Assembly (NCBI GenBank): GCA_010909165.1
Contig: VJWM01000011.1
Span: 1,302,001-1,366,000 of the forward strand
Source: Anthoceros angustus
Taxonomy: Eukaryota > Plantae > Anthocerotophyta
Direction of reading: 5' to 3'
DNA length: 64,000 nucleotides
Part shown: one piece after another, positions 1-13,708 of the stretch
Layout: each line of letters begins with the position of its first letter
Position numbering within the stretch: position 1 is the stretch's first letter
Program-made: the position numbers and the translations under genes
The notes under the pieces: model-generated
The model's input: only the letters and a program-made list of their open reading frames with translations
Told to the model about the DNA's origin: nothing
The model's database searches: none

Positions 1-2135
1 GTCGGAACACTTACTCCTTCCTCGGATGGCTACTCCGGATAACCAATTGCACCTAAGGGAGTTTGACCGGGACAAGACGACCTTCACTACGGAGTGGTAC
101 GCTTGCCTACAAGAGAAGTGCCTTTGGGATGACCGAGCGCTGTGGTCGCTCATGCGTATGGTGACCAACGCCTTCCGTGACTTCGAGGGACTTCATGGAG
201 ATATTCCCCGGATGATTTTGTGTGCATGGGGAGCAGTGACAAACACCTTGGACATCTAAGAAAGGTGCTTGAGCGCCGGAGACTCAATTGAGCCTACACC
301 GAGAAATGCTACTTTGGAATGACGGAGGGAATCTTGTCACATCGGGTGCACGGAATCGAGGTGGACCAGACAAGGTCCGGTCATCCGCCTCCACCACCGA
401 ACCTAAAGGAGCCGAGAGGTTTCGGAATGGTGGGATACCGCCGTTTATTAAGGACTTTGCTAAGAGGGCGCTAAGTTGATGTAATCATGAAGGAGGAGGT
501 TTGGACCGTCTCGTGAGAGAGGAGGAGGCCTTCCGGATTTAACACCTTGGTAAGCGCACTGCCTAAGAGGACCGGATCGAGCAAGAAATTTCATGTGTAT
601 GTAGATGTGTCCGCTTTTGCTATCGGAGTAGTGCCGAGCCGTAAGGACGACAAGCAAGGGATTATCCGTATACTACGCGACGTACCACCCAGAACTAAAA
701 ATACACAACTACAGAGCGCCAATCGGGTATGGTATATGTCCAAGAAATTCGACACTACCGCTACCCAAAGTGAGTTTGTGTTCTATGTAGACCACTTTGC
801 TCATCCGTGAATAAGGGACCGTCCGGATAGCAAGGTGGATATTGTTGCCGCAGGAGTTCACGAAGTGGAAACAAGACAAGGGAGGCAAGACCAAATGCAT
901 TTCGTCACGATTGAAAACACAAGTGTTGAGAGATCGTGAAGATGCGCTCCTGGATGAGACATTGGTTGCCGCAGAAAAGTACAACCGAGGAGCCCACCGA
1001 CCAACCCCAAGCTACGAGAACGGCACTTAGCGGAGAAGGGAGGGTCCGGCCGTCCGACCCACGAAGAAATGGAGCGGTACTGGGAATGGAGCTTCAAAAT
1101 CGACTGTGACGAGGGAGGCATTCGTGCACTATGCTCGACCCTTCGTAATGTACAACGGTGTGTGTTCAAATTAGGGCCGAGAGTAGAACGAAGGTACTTA
1201 CAACCGCAGAGATGTGAGCGCCGGAATGCACAAGGATTGGGGAGGACACTACGCAAAGACAGTCACCACCAAAAGATTTTGAAGCGGATACCGTGGCCAA
1301 CAATGTATGGGGACACCCACCGCTTAGGAAGAAGTGTGATGCTTGTCACGGATCGGAAGCCAACCACAACACAATGGCGGCCATACCGGCACCCGCCTTT
1401 AAAAGTGGGGTATTGACTTTGGACCTATACACCAACACGAGGCACACAAAGCGATACATTTGGTGGCAACGGACATCGCACTGTGGGTAGAGGCGGCGAA
1501 CAAGAACGGACTGCAAGCACGTGGCAAATTCCTTTATGAGAACATCATACGCGATGGGTGTCCGCCGCTGAGTATAGAGGACCCATTTCAATGATGTGAT
1601 CCGCCATGACGGAGTATTTTGGCATCAATCATCGCAAGACGGCACCCTACAACCCTAAGGCCAATGGGTTGACGAGAAGACAAATGGGCTCATCTCAGAT
1701 CCCGAATAAACTTACAACTACGCACACGATCGATACCAAGTTGCCATCCGACTGGCCGTGACGGCAGAGAAGGTGACCACGCAACAACGACTTTAACCTA
1801 TGGGCACCGCCTCGTAATGCCGTGGAGTTTGAAGTACCACACTTCGAGTAATGATGGAAGAAAGAGGAGGAAAGCCAACGAGCGACTTTGGGGTTTGTCC
1901 AACACACGAGGGTCGGAAGAAGCACAAAGATGCAAACCCAAGATTTGGCACGAGCCGAATCGGGAGTATGGAGGCGGAGATTTGGCCCTCCTTTATGATA
2001 GTCGCATGCATTTTCCGTGCAAACTTCACCGAGATGGATGGGTCTACGTGTGCAAGTATATGACAACGGGTCCGCTCAACCACGGCGCCTAGATGGAGAT
2101 GCCAACCCGGTGAACGGGTGGCGTGAAGAAGTATT
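1..2135 (+). pseudogene. Ty3/Gypsy pol remnant (RT - RNase H - integrase), heavily frameshifted
   Basis: RT-like DKTTFTTEW (~75), RNase H FHVYVDVSAFAIGVV (~590), integrase HRKTAPYNPKANGL (~1630), GPY/F-like tract (~2010-2050) and terminal VNGW..KKY (~2110). The order RT-RH-INT is Gypsy. Confidence 0.85.
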
Positions 2136-2169
2136 ATGTTGGCGAGACGCCAATGATGAGAAGGGAGTA

Positions 2170-5100
2170 TGTGGGCTGCACTTCCCTGGGAGTTAGGAAA
2201 TAGGGTTTGTTTTTTAGGATTGAATAGTAAAATAAGGCGAAAAGGAGGAATAAAGATGGCGCCGGACGGACTCGAGTATACCACTCGGACAACAACGGCA
2301 ACGGACACAAATGGAAACTCCGACCACACCGGGCAAGTCCCGAGTACACGAGATAAGTCCCAACCCACCCGGTCAACAGGATAAGTACGGGAAAGCAACT
2401 TTGAATGAGTGAGGATGACCAGGCGGCGCCACGTGGACGGCCCCGAGTGGAGGTCGGCATGCAGCTGATCAGACCTCGCGGGCCGCAGGCAGGTATTCAC
2501 GCCCGCGCGGCGAAGGCGCGGCGCGGCGTAAGAGGCAGTAAGCGTAGGGTCGTAGTATGCACTTCGATACGGACAAGAGGCGCCTTCCGCCAGCAAGCAT
2601 TTCCACAAGAAAGAGGGAGGTTTTCAAACCTCTCATACACGGCCCGCCCGCATCCGGCTCCGGCGATCTCTTTGCGCTGGGCCCCAGCACCGCGCACGGA
2701 AGGAGCAACGCAACGGAGGAACATGCCGCGACGCCAAATTCCTGAGCAAGAACAAGAGGAGGAGAAGCAATGGCACCCAAAAAGCCGAGGAGGAGCCATG
2801 GCCCTGGAGGAGCAACATTGTGACCCGCGCTATCGACTTTGGCCCGGCCGAGGAAGCAGGATTGGTGAGGAGTGGCACTGGACGTGTTCCAAATGGACCG
2901 ACAACCATGGTCCGGAGCCGAAGATGTCAAGGGCGATCAACAAGGAGGTCCGATCCAAGAACCTCCGGAGGACCCGAGATGGACGGAGGTCCCGAGGATG
3001 GCCTACAACCGCCCAAGGAGGAAGAGGTGTGGTGCCGAGCCCCTGGCAAAGGGGAAGAAGGGCTAAGGCGCCAGCCGAACGCCGACAACCAACGGATGGT
3101 CCGCCGGCCGGACAAGAGTAAGGCGCGTAATTGTCCATTGAACTCGCCACCAAGGTGGATCACCTTGGTGATAACGGTATTCTCGCACGCCCAGGAAGAG
3201 CGGAGAAGGATTATCTTCGCTGGCCGTGAGGCACGCAAGAAGCCGCTCCTCGTCACCGACACCCGATTCATGTATGGGGACATTTCGAGCTCCTCAAGGG
3301 AGGAGGAGCGAGCCTCGGGGCGAGGCCGCCAAGGAGGTGAGGGCGCCGAGGTGGGGGTCCTTCAAGAAAGGGTCCGGAGGAGGACGATCGAGGATTCCGA
3401 CTCCATACGCTGAGCGAACCTCACCACCCAGGAAGTTTGGGAGGAGATTCCCCTTCCTCCTTTTGGTGCCCTCCGAGCAAGACAGAGGGAGTCGCCGAGG
3501 GCTGGCTCCGACAGGAACACCCAACAACCACGACGGCCGAGCCCCGACGAACGGAGCCAAGAGGCGGAAGACGGTGCCGCTTACCAACGCAAAGACTCGA
3601 AGGTGCACTCCCCCGCCCACGGAGTGGCAAGAGGTCAAGAGGCGTAAGGAGGGCGTAAAGGGACGCCCAAGGAGCGGAGGTCACCGGCAGCACCTCGAGC
3701 CGGCCCTGCCCCATGTGAAGGGGCAAAAGAGCTTGCTGACCCCTCACCTCCTCCGAGCCCTGTGAGAAAGAGGGCACAAAGGAGTTAGAGGCCAAGAGGC
3801 CAAGAGGGTGAGACTGACCACCACTGTGACCCGAGGGTCCCGATTACTGAGAACCCACCGACTCGCCCGACTGGTATGGAGGTCCTCATGACCGAGAAAT
3901 GCCGCCCACCAAGGACTTTGTGGGGCCTCACTCAGCCGTGGAAGAAACACGAGTCTGCCACTGCCATGGACGGAATGCTTTGGGGTCTCGTGGCCAAAGA
4001 GAAGACCTGGAAGTGGAGGCCACCCGAGGAGGATGGTGGAACCCAAGAGCAAGTGAAGGCGCCTGTGAGGCAAAGGAAAGGCGGAGTCCTCGCCGGATCG
4101 AGGAAGGGAAACGCGGGCGGCGAGGCCCGGCGAGCGTTCACAGACTTAAAGGTTCTTCACGCGAACAAAGCAAGCTCAGAGGCCCAAGCGGCGAGGACCT
4201 TGCAAAGGGGGCGGAGGTCCAAGGAAGCGAGAGGAAGACGACGGGCGGAGAGCCGGACTGGCGAGGCGCGCAGCCACACCAAGCCGGGCGAGGCGAAGGT
4301 GAAGGCGGCGAGGCGAGCCGCGCAAAGAGCGACCGGATCACCAAGACGTGATCGGAACCGGAGGGAGTCAGAGCAACTGGCCGGCAGTATGGCGGAGCAG
4401 CAAGGGCTGGAAGGGAGATGGAGGCCAGACTGGGAGATAGGAGATCTCCGAGTACAGTGAAGTAGAGGAGAGGCAGCAGATGGAGGATGAAGGACACGCC
4501 GGAGCTACAACCCAAGATGCGCTTGAGCAGCAGTGATTCTCAACGAGAGAATCCACGAAGCACGAGAGTGCCTGGCCCGTCTCAAGACGGAGGAAAATCG
4601 GCGACTATCCAAGGAGTTGGACGCTGCTGCAGTATGAACCGGAAGAAGCCGTGGGCCTGACGGATATAACGATTGGAGAGGAGGTGGCGGACCAATGGTA
4701 ACGGAGGAGGAGAGCAGAGGAGGAAGCTGGTCCATCCGAATGAGACGGAAGGGAGCCGCCATGGCGGGTAAAGCTACAATGGACAAAGGGAGGAGGAGTT
4801 GTGAGCAGCAAAGGCAGCAGGAGGTGACCTGAGGCCGCTTGTAGCCTCAAGATGCCGGCCCACAACCGGCAGAGAGGTGGCTCAACAACACTCCCAAAGA
4901 GCACCTGGCGAGGAGTACGGGTGCTCCGCACACGTGGAAGAGGCAATTCAACAAGTCGATCGACTTTGCCTTACCACCACGCCGAGCTCAGCGAGGCACC
5001 ACGTCACCCCGGACGGACTCACTCCGGAAGGCCCCAAGGAGATGAAGGCCACGGACGGGGGACCTTGGGGCTGAGATGAGGGAGCGGGTGAGAGGGAGCA

Positions 5101-5230
5101 ACCGGAGGAGCAACGAGGGAGCGATGTGGTAAGGTAAGCACCCGACCTCACCATGGAAGAAGGCCAACGGGAGCCGCCTGAAAGGGGACTTCGAGGGAGA
5201 GCCACTGAGGAGTCCCGTGAGGAAGAAACC
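2170..5230 (+). repeat. Accessory-ORF unit, copy 1 (~3.1 kb)
   Basis: Anchor GGGAGTTAGGAAATA at 2188; gagaagcaATGGCACCCAAAA at 2770; shares DGMLWGLV..KWRPPEEDGGTQEQVKA with copies 3 and 4. Confidence 0.85.
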
Positions 5231-7300
5231 TGGGGGGCTGTGCACTTCCCGGGAGTTAGGAAATAAGTAGGCTTCTGGAGGATTGAAGGATAAATAAGGC
5301 GGAAAAGGAGGAATAAATTGGGGTAGCGCCGGACGAGGCTCCTGAGTATACTCCGACTGGAGTGAACAACGGACCGGATCACTTATGGCAAGCTCCGGAC
5401 ACGAGTAAGGATAAGTCCGAACCCACCTGTGTCAAAATAGGATAAGTACGCCGTGGAAAGTAACCTAGGAGCGAGGCGTGAGGATGCACGAGCGCCACGG
5501 ACGGCCCCGAGTGGAGGTCGGCATGCAGAGGTCAGACCGAACCTGCTGCAGGCCGCAGGCAGTATTCACGCCCGCGGCCGCGGGGCGTAAGGCCGAGGCG
5601 AAGGGTCGAGTACGCCATGCACTCGCGCTAGACAACGAAGAGGCGCCCGCCAGAAGCTTACTTTCCACAAGCGCCAAGGAGGAGGTCCGCGCACCGCACT
5701 CATAGCCTTGCGCCCGCAATCCTCGCTGTTTTTGGGCGCCTTACCTTAGAGCGTGGCACCGCCAAGGTTGGAGCAACAACGCGAAGGAGGAACATCGCCG
5801 GCCGACTCGCCGCCAGCACAAGAGGAGGAGAAGCAATGGCACCCAAAAGGAAGTCCGGGGAGCCATGGACCGTGGAGCGCAACATTGTGACCCGCTATCC
5901 GGACTTCGGCCCCGGCCGGAGGAAGTGGAATTGGTGCAGAGTGGCATCCGGACGTGTTCCAAATGGTCCGGACCTTTGACAACGCTACCTAGTCCGGAGT
6001 TTGCCCGAAGATGCCGGCGATCAACAAGGAGGTCCGATCCAAGAACCTCCGGAGGACTGAGGCGATGGACCTTGAGGTCCCGAGGATGGCCTACAACCGC
6101 CAAGGAGGAAGAAGGGGCGGTGCCGAGCCCCTTAAGGCGGCGGGGAAGATAGGCCGCCACGCGCCGGAGGCTCGAACGCAGCGACAACCAACGGATGGTT
6201 GATATCCGATCCGCCGATCCGAGTAAGGGCGGTAGCCCGGATCATTGTCCATTGAACTCACCAAGGTGGATCACCTTGGTGATAACCTGGTATTCTCGCA
6301 TGCGCCCAATGGGAAGAGAGCGGACTGGGAAGGATTATCTTCGCCTTCACCAGAGGCACGCAAGCTAAGGAGCGAGAAGCCTCGCTTATCGTCACATACC
6401 GATTCATGTATGGGGACATTTCGAGCTCCTCAAGGAGGGAGAGCTTGAGCGGCCTCCGGGGCCGGAGGCCCCGCTGTAAGTAGAGCGTGGCGCGAGGTGG
6501 GGGGTCGCCCTTCAAGACCAAGCGACTGGAGGAGGACGATCGAGGATTCCTGACTCATACGTCTGAGCGAACCCCTCACCACCTGTGGAAGTTTGGGAGG
6601 CGATTCCCTTCCTCCTTTGGTGCCCTCCGAGCAGCAAGACAGTGAGGGAGCCGATGCCGGAGGGCGGCGGCCCGCACCGGCAGTAATGCCAGCCCAACAA
6701 CCACGACGCCGAGCCCCGACGAACTCCGGAGCCAAGAGGCGGAAGACGGTGCCGCTTACCAACGCAAAGACCTCGAAGGTGCCGAGACTTACCCCCGCCA
6801 CCTGAGTGGCAAGAGGTCAAGAGGCGGTAAGGAGGGCGAAGGGACGCTCAAGGAGGAGGTCACCGGCAGCAGCCCACCTGAGCCGGTCCTGCCCCCCCGA
6901 AGGTGTGAAGGCAAAAGAGCTTGCTCCCTGACCCCTCACCTCCTCCGAGCCCTGTGAGAAAGAGGGCACAAAGGAGTTAGAGGCCAAGAGGGCCAAAGAG
7001 GGTGAGACTGACACCACTGTGACCCGAGGGTCCCGATTAGGTCCGAGAACCCCCGACTTACTCCGGATCGGTATGGAGGTCCTCGGACGAGAAATGCCGG
7101 CCCACTACTTTGTGGGGCCTCACGCGGGACCTTGGGGGCGTTGTTCGGCGGCGGTAGCGGCGGTGAGGAGGGCGAGGAGGCGGAGCGAGGCGATGTGGCG
7201 GTAAGCACCACACCTCACCATGGAAGGGGCCAGCGAGGGAGTCGATCGGGAGCAGGGACTTGAGGAGAGCCACGGAGGTCCGTGAGGAAGAAACCGGGCG
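5231..7300 (+). repeat. Accessory-ORF unit, copy 2 (internally deleted after ~7125)
   Basis: Anchor at 5251; ATG 5836; jumps from mid-unit to the unit end near 7125. Confidence 0.8.
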
Positions 7301-10300
7301 TGTGGGCTATGCACTGGGAGTTAGGAAATAAGTAGGGTTTGTTTTTAGGATTGAAGGATAAATAAGGCGGAAAAGGAGGAATAAATAAATTAGCGCTGGA
7401 CGAGGCTCCGGTATACTCGAGACCTGGAGTGAACAACGGACCCCGGTACCACTATGGCAAGCTCGGACGCAGGAGTAAAGGATAAGTCAACCCACTCCAG
7501 TCAAAATAGGATAAATCGCCGAAAGTAACCTAGGAGGCGGGCGTGAGGGGGACAGGCGGGCCACGTGGGCGGCCACAGTGGAGGTCGGGCATGCGGTAGG
7601 CGGGCCGTAACCTTGCAGGCCGTTATAGCGGTATTCACGCCCTTGGCGTAAGGCAGTAAGAGCGTAGGGTCGAAAGCCATGCGGACCCCAGCGATTCTGG
7701 ACGACAGCGCCTTCGCCCGATTACTTCCTGGCCAGGAGGAGGTCATTTATTCGTGACCTCAGACAATCCTCACGGTCCCTTGCGCTCATAATCCGGCTCT
7801 CTGGATCTTTTTGGGCGCCCAGTCGGCTTAGGCGTGGCGCCGTCAAGGTTGGAGCGTGACAGCGAAGGAGGAACATCGTGCCGGCGGACTCGGCCACGGC
7901 TCTGACAGAGGAGAAGCAATGGCACCCAAAAGCCGGAGTGGAGCCATGGACCCTCGTGGGGCGCAACATTGTGACCCGGCTATCCGGACTTGGCCACAGG
8001 CTGGAGGCAGGGGATTGGTGCGAGGGAGTGGCATGGGCGTGTTCCAAATGGTGCGGACCTTTGACAGCGTCACTCTAGTCGGGAGTTTGCGGAAAATCTG
8101 GCGATCAACAAGGAGGTCGATCCAAGAACCTCCGGAGGACCAGGCGATGGACCTTGGAGGTCACGAGGATGGCCTACAACCTTAGAAGGAGGAAGAAGGG
8201 GCGTGGTGCAGGCCCCTTAAGGCGAAGGGAAGATAGGGCGATACAGTGGCCCGGCCGAGGCTGGGCAGCGGACAACCAACGGATGGTTGATATCCGATCT
8301 GGACGGTCGAGTAAGGGCGGATCATTGTCCATTGGAACTGCTCACCAAGGTGGATCACCTTGGTGATAACTAGTTATTCTGCATGCGCTCAGTGAGGAAA
8401 AGGCGGTGGGAAGGATTATCCGGTTCATCGAGGAGCACAAGCTAAGGAGGCGAAGCCCTCGCCATCGGTGACCCATACGATTCATGTATGGGGACATTTG
8501 AGCTCTGAAGGAGGGAGGCTTGAGCAGGCGCTCGGAAGGGTGGAGGCCTGGGCGTGCAAGGCGCGGGTGGGGGTCGTCCTTGAAGACCAAGCGGACTCGG
8601 GAGGAGGGCGGGAGGATTCCGGACTCCATGCGGGCGAACCCCTCACCACCCAGGGAAGTTTGGGAGGATTCCCCTTCCTCCTTTTGGTGCCTCCCGGGCG
8701 GTAGGCCGGGAGGAGGCCGGGAGGCGTTGGCGGCTCCGCAGCATGACAACCACGGTGCGGGCCCGACGAACTCGGTAGGGAGGCGAAGGCGGTGCCGCCT
8801 GCGCACCTCGGAAGGTGCGGTACCCCCACCTTGCAGGAGGTGAGGCGGGAGGCGAGAAGGGCGTGGCCCAAGGCGGGAGGTCAGCGGCCACCAGCAGTCT
8901 GTCCCGGCGGAAGGGGCAGAGCTTGCTCCGGACCCCCTCACCTCCTCCGAGCCCCAGGAGAAAGAGGGCGCAAAAGGAGTTAGAGGCCAAGAGGGCCAAA
9001 GAGGGTGAGACTCCGGACCTCACCACTCAGGACCTGAGGTCTGATTAGGTCCGGAGAACCCAGTCCGGACTTACTCCGGACTGCGGTATGGAGGTCCTTG
9101 GCGGACCGAGAAATGCCGGCTCCCACTACGGACTTTGTGGGGCCTCACTGATGGCGTGGAAGAAACACGGCGAGTCAGCTACCGTCATGGACGGAATGCT
9201 TTGGGGTCTCGTGGTACAGAGAAGACCTGTGAAGTGGAGGCCACCGGAGGAGGATGGTGGAACTCAAGAGCAAGTGAAGGCGGCCCGGGGGAAGGAAAAG
9301 GCGGAGTCCCTCGGATCGAGGAAGGAAGCCGGGTGGCGGGCCGAGGCCGCAGTTCGGAGGCCGGGCCAAGGTTCTTCATTTGTCTGAGCAGTGAAACAAG
9401 CTCGAGGCAAGCCGGAGGACCTTCTGCGAGAGGAAGCCGGAGGCGGAAGAGGCCGGGCACAAGCGAGAGAGCTCGGGACTGGCGGAGGCGGCCGGCTAAG
9501 CGGCCAAATGGGCGAGCCCGGAAAGCGGCGAAGGAGTGAGCCGCGGTGGCGGCAGGATCACTGAGGCGTGATCGGGCCGGTGGAAGAGGCAGGGCGTAGA
9601 GGCTAACTCGAAGGCCGCAGGCGGCTATGGAGGCGAGCAAGGGCGGCCTCGGGAGATAGAGGATCTCAGTGCAGTGCAGGAGGTAGAAGGCGGCGAGATG
9701 GAGGGCAGCACAGCTGGAGCTACAACTCCAAGATCGTCGGAGGCGGTGATTCTCAGCGAGAGAATCCACGACCTCGAGCAAGCGAGTGCCTCGGCTCCGT
9801 CGAAGGCGGAGGAAAATCGGCGACTATCGAGAGTTGGGCGTTGCCGAGCTCTGAAGGAAGGAAGTCGGAGTCGGACGGAGGTCGACCGCTGGAGGGAGGT
9901 GGCGGAGGTAAAGGCGGAATGAGCAGGAGGCCGAGCGAGAAAAGAAGGCTGGGTCCGGTGAGAAAGGCGGAAGGGCAGCGCTATGGCGGATGGTGGCGAT
10001 GGAAAGGAAACGGAGCTGAGGCGGAGCAACAGTGGCAGTGAGGGAGGTGTGAGGCCGCCTTGTAGCCTCGTGATCTGACCAGGCGGTATCAAATCTGGCG
10101 GGAGAGGTGGCCCAACAAGCGGCGCCGGACTCCGGAACACTTATGGCGGAGGGAGTATCGGTGCTCCGGGCACACGTGGAAGAGGCAATTCAACAAGTCG
10201 ATTCGGACTTTGCCTATTACCACGAGCTCGAAGGCGTAGAAGCCTCTCGACGGCCCGGCGCAACAGACGGACCAAGGCTCGAGAAGGAGATGAAGGCCAC

Positions 10301-10499
10301 AGGGGCCACAGGACCCTAGTGGCCTTTGGAGATAGAGGCGGCGGAGAGGAGCAACCGAGGCGTAACGAGGGAGCGCGGATGCGATCGAGGTAAGCACCCC
10401 GCACCTCACCATGGAAGGAGGGGCCAGCGAAGGTCATTGGGCGATCGGGAGCAGGAGGACTTGAGGAGAGCCACGGAGGTCCGTGAGGAGGAAACCCGG
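7301..10499 (+). repeat. Accessory-ORF unit, copy 3
   Basis: Anchor at 7316; ATG 7919; coiled-coil C-terminal part VSVLRAHVEEAIQQVDSDFAYYHELE (~10150-10230). Confidence 0.85.
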
Positions 10500-10720
10500 G
10501 TGGGCGTGAGTCGGACTTTGTCCGGACCCGGAGGCCGGAAGTCGGACCTCGGTAATAAGTCGGACCACAGTCCGGACCTCGTAAGTCGGACCACGAGTCG
10601 GACCCCGTGTCGTCCGGACCACGAGTCGGGACCCGGAGTCGGACCAGGTCGGACCCGAACAGGTCGGACCTGGCGGCGGACCGGAAATAAGCGGACTCAC
10701 GAGTTGAGTCGAGGCAGACC
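10500..10720. repeat. Short tandem array built on GTC(C)GGAC
   Basis: More than 10 GTCGGAC/GTCCGGAC units with short variable spacers. Confidence 0.85.
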
Positions 10721-10782
10721 AGGGGCCGGGCGCGGTGAGGGCCCCGACTTACGCTAGGGCCGATGGTGGTGGCCCCGTGAAG

Positions 10783-13200
10783 GACCCGAGGCGATGGACC
10801 TTGAGGTCCCGAGGATGGCCTACAACCGCAAGGAGGAAGAAGGGGCGTGCCGAGCCCCTTAAGGCGGAAGATAGGCGCCGGCGCCGAGGCTCGAACGCAA
10901 TGACAACCAACGGATGGTTGATATCCGATCCGCCGGATGAGTAAGGGCGGTAGCCCGGATCATTGTCCATTGAACTCGCCACCAAGGTGGATCACCTTGG
11001 TGATAACTTGGTATTCTCGCATGCGCCCAATGGGAAGAGAGCGACCGGGGGAAGGATTATCTTCGCCTGCGGAGGCACGCAGCTAAGGAGCGAGAAGCCT
11101 CGCTTATCAGATCAACCGATTCATGGGGGGGACATTTCGAGCCCTCAAGGAGGAGAGCTTGAGCGGCGCCCGGGCCGGAGGCCCCTGGCAGAGCGTGCAA
11201 GGGCGCCTGAGGTGGGGGTCGCCCTTCAAGACCAAGCGACTGGAGGAGGACGATCGAGGATTCCTGACTCCATACGCTGAGCGAACCCCTCACCACCTGT
11301 GGAAGTTTGGGAGGCGATTCCCCTTCCTCCTTTTGGTGCCCTCCGAGCGCACACAGAGGGAGCCGATGCCGGAGGCGGCCCCGCACCGGCTGCATGCAGC
11401 CCAACAACCACGACGGCCGCCGAGCCCCGACGAACCGGGAGCCAAGAGGCGGAAGACGGTGCCGCTTACCAACGCAAAGACCTCGAAGGTGCAGACTTAC
11501 CCCGCCCCACCTGAGTGGCAAGAGGTCAAGAGGCGAAGGAGGGCAGAAAGGACGTGGCCCAAGGAGCAGGAGGTCACCGCGCAGCCCCCACCTCGAGCCG
11601 GCCCCTGCCCCCGGCTGAAGGGGCAAAAGAGCTTGCTGACCCCCTCACCTCCTCCGAGCCCTGGAGAAAGAGGGCACAAAGGAGTTAGAGGCCAAGAGGG
11701 CCAAGAGGGTGAGACTGACCACCACTGTGACCCGAGGGTCCCGATTAGGTCCGAGAACCCCCCGACTTATCGACCGCGGTATGGAGGTCCTCGGATCGAG
11801 AAATGCCGGCCCCACTACGGACTTTGTGGGGGCCTCACTGTGGCCGTGGAAGAAACACGGCGAGTCCTGCTACCATGGACGGAATGCTTTGGGGTCTCGT
11901 GGTACAGAGAAGACCTGTGAAGTGGAGGCCACCCGAGGAGGATGGTGGAACCCAAGAGCAAGTGAAGGCGCCGAGGGCAAAGGAAAAGGCGGAGTCCCTC
12001 GCCGATCGAGGAAGGGAAACGCCGGTGGCGCGAGGCCCGTTCACAGATCGGTTAAGGTTCTTCACCCAGGCAAGCAAGCTCAGAGGCCCAAGCGGGCGGA
12101 GGACCTTGCAGCTAAGAGGGGAAGCGCAGCAGAGGCGGAAGAGGCCCGGCACAAGCAGAGAGCTCGGACCGGGCGGAGGCGGCCCGCCAGAGCCGCCAAA
12201 TGGGCGAGGCCTGTAAAGGCGGCGGGCGAAGGAGCCCAAGTCGAAGAGCGACCGGATCACCATGACGTGATCGAACCGTGGAGAGAGCACAGCAGCACCG
12301 AGGTTAACGGCCGCAAAGGCGCTATGGAGGTAGGGCCAAGACGGAGATAGAGGATCTCCGAGTACACAGGAGGTAGAAGGAGGGCAGCAGATGGAGGATG
12401 GAAGGACACGCTGGAGCTACAACCCAAGATGCGCTTGAGCAAGCAGTGATTCTCAACGAGAGAATCCACCTCGAGCACGAAATGTAGTAGCTCCTCCGTC
12501 AAGACGGAGGAAAATCGCGACTATCCAAGGAGTTGGACGCTGCTGCTGTATGAGCCGGAGGAAGTCCGAGCCTGGACGGAGGTATCGATCACCGAGAGGG
12601 AGTCATGAGCTAAAGGCCGTAATGAACGGAGCGCGAGCACCGGAAGTGTAAAAGAAGCCGCCGGTCCAAATTGAGAAAGGAAGGAACGCCGCGCTATGGC
12701 GGTAAGTCATGGCGGAAAAGGAAACGACGGAGCCGAGCAAGTGAGCAACGCAGCAGGAGGTGACCGAGGCCGCCTTGTAGCCTCGCGAGATATGCCCAAC
12801 CACAACCGGGTGAGAGGTGGCCCAACAAGCCGAGCAAAGACGCCCCAACACTTATGGCGAGGGAGTATCGGTGCCCGCACACGTGGAAGAGGCAATTCAA
12901 CAAGTCGATCTCACTTTGCCTATTACCACGCGAGCCCCGGCGAGAAGCCTCTCGACGGCCGCAGACGACGGACCGGAAGGCTCAAGGAGATGAAGGCCAC
13001 GGACAGGACCCTAGTGGCCTGCTTGGAGATGACGGAGCGCGGAGAGGAGCAACCGAGGAGCAGAAGGGAGCGCGGATGCGATCGAGGTAAGCACCCCGCA
13101 CCTCACCATGGAAGGAGGGGCCAACGGAGCCACACCGGGCGATCGGGAACATGGGAGGACTTCGAGGAGAGCCACTGAGGAGTCCTGAGGAGGAAACCCG
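10783..13200 (+). repeat. Accessory-ORF unit, copy 4 (5'-truncated)
   Basis: Starts mid-ORF at GAGGCGATGGACCTTGAGGTCCCGAGG after a short stretch resembling the 3' UTR (10720-10780), then is collinear with copies 1 and 3. Confidence 0.8.
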
Positions 13201-13204
13201 GTGG

Positions 13205-13385
13205 GCGTGAGTCCGACTTTGTCCGGACTCAGGGAGGCCGGACCAAGTCCGGACTCGAAGTCCGGACCAAGTCCAGTCCGGACCAAGTCCGACAATAAGT
13301 CCGGACAAGTCCGACAAATAACCGACCCGAGGTCCGGACCCAGACAAGGTCGACCCAGGGCCGACCTGTGAATAAGCCGACTGTT
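13205..13385. repeat. GTCCGGAC tandem array in the retrotransposon 3' UTR
   Basis: Repeated AAGTCCGGACC / GTCCGAC units. Confidence 0.85.
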
Positions 13386-13708
13386 CGTGAGTCGAGACAG
13401 ACCTCGAGGACCGGCCGCGGGCAAGAAGGAGGAGCCCCTTCGACTTACGCTTAGGGGAGCCGATAGGTGGCCCCACCGGCCAAGGACCTGTGGAGGCCAG
13501 GATGACGTAACGACCGCCGAGCCCAACCCGGCTGTGATTCCGGGAGAGGAGGGCCCGCCACGGATCATCCGATTGGGTACCACAAGCTCGGGGCGAGTTG
13601 GACCACCCATTCGAGGGGCCAGGACCTTCCAGCCCAGTCGTGAAGGAGATAGGGGATAGGTAGGCGGCCGATTAGGGTATACCGGTGGCTCATTTCGAGA
13701 ATAGGGGG

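Noticed and set aside
10500-10720. CRISPR-like repeat-spacer appearance of the GTCGGAC arrays
   Set aside because: Units are 7-8 bp with very short non-unique spacers, there are no cas genes, and the context is a plant retrotransposon.
2400-13200. Many 60-270 aa ORFs as separate genes, or an antisense accessory gene
   Set aside because: They are frameshifted pieces or shadows of one repeated + strand ORF.
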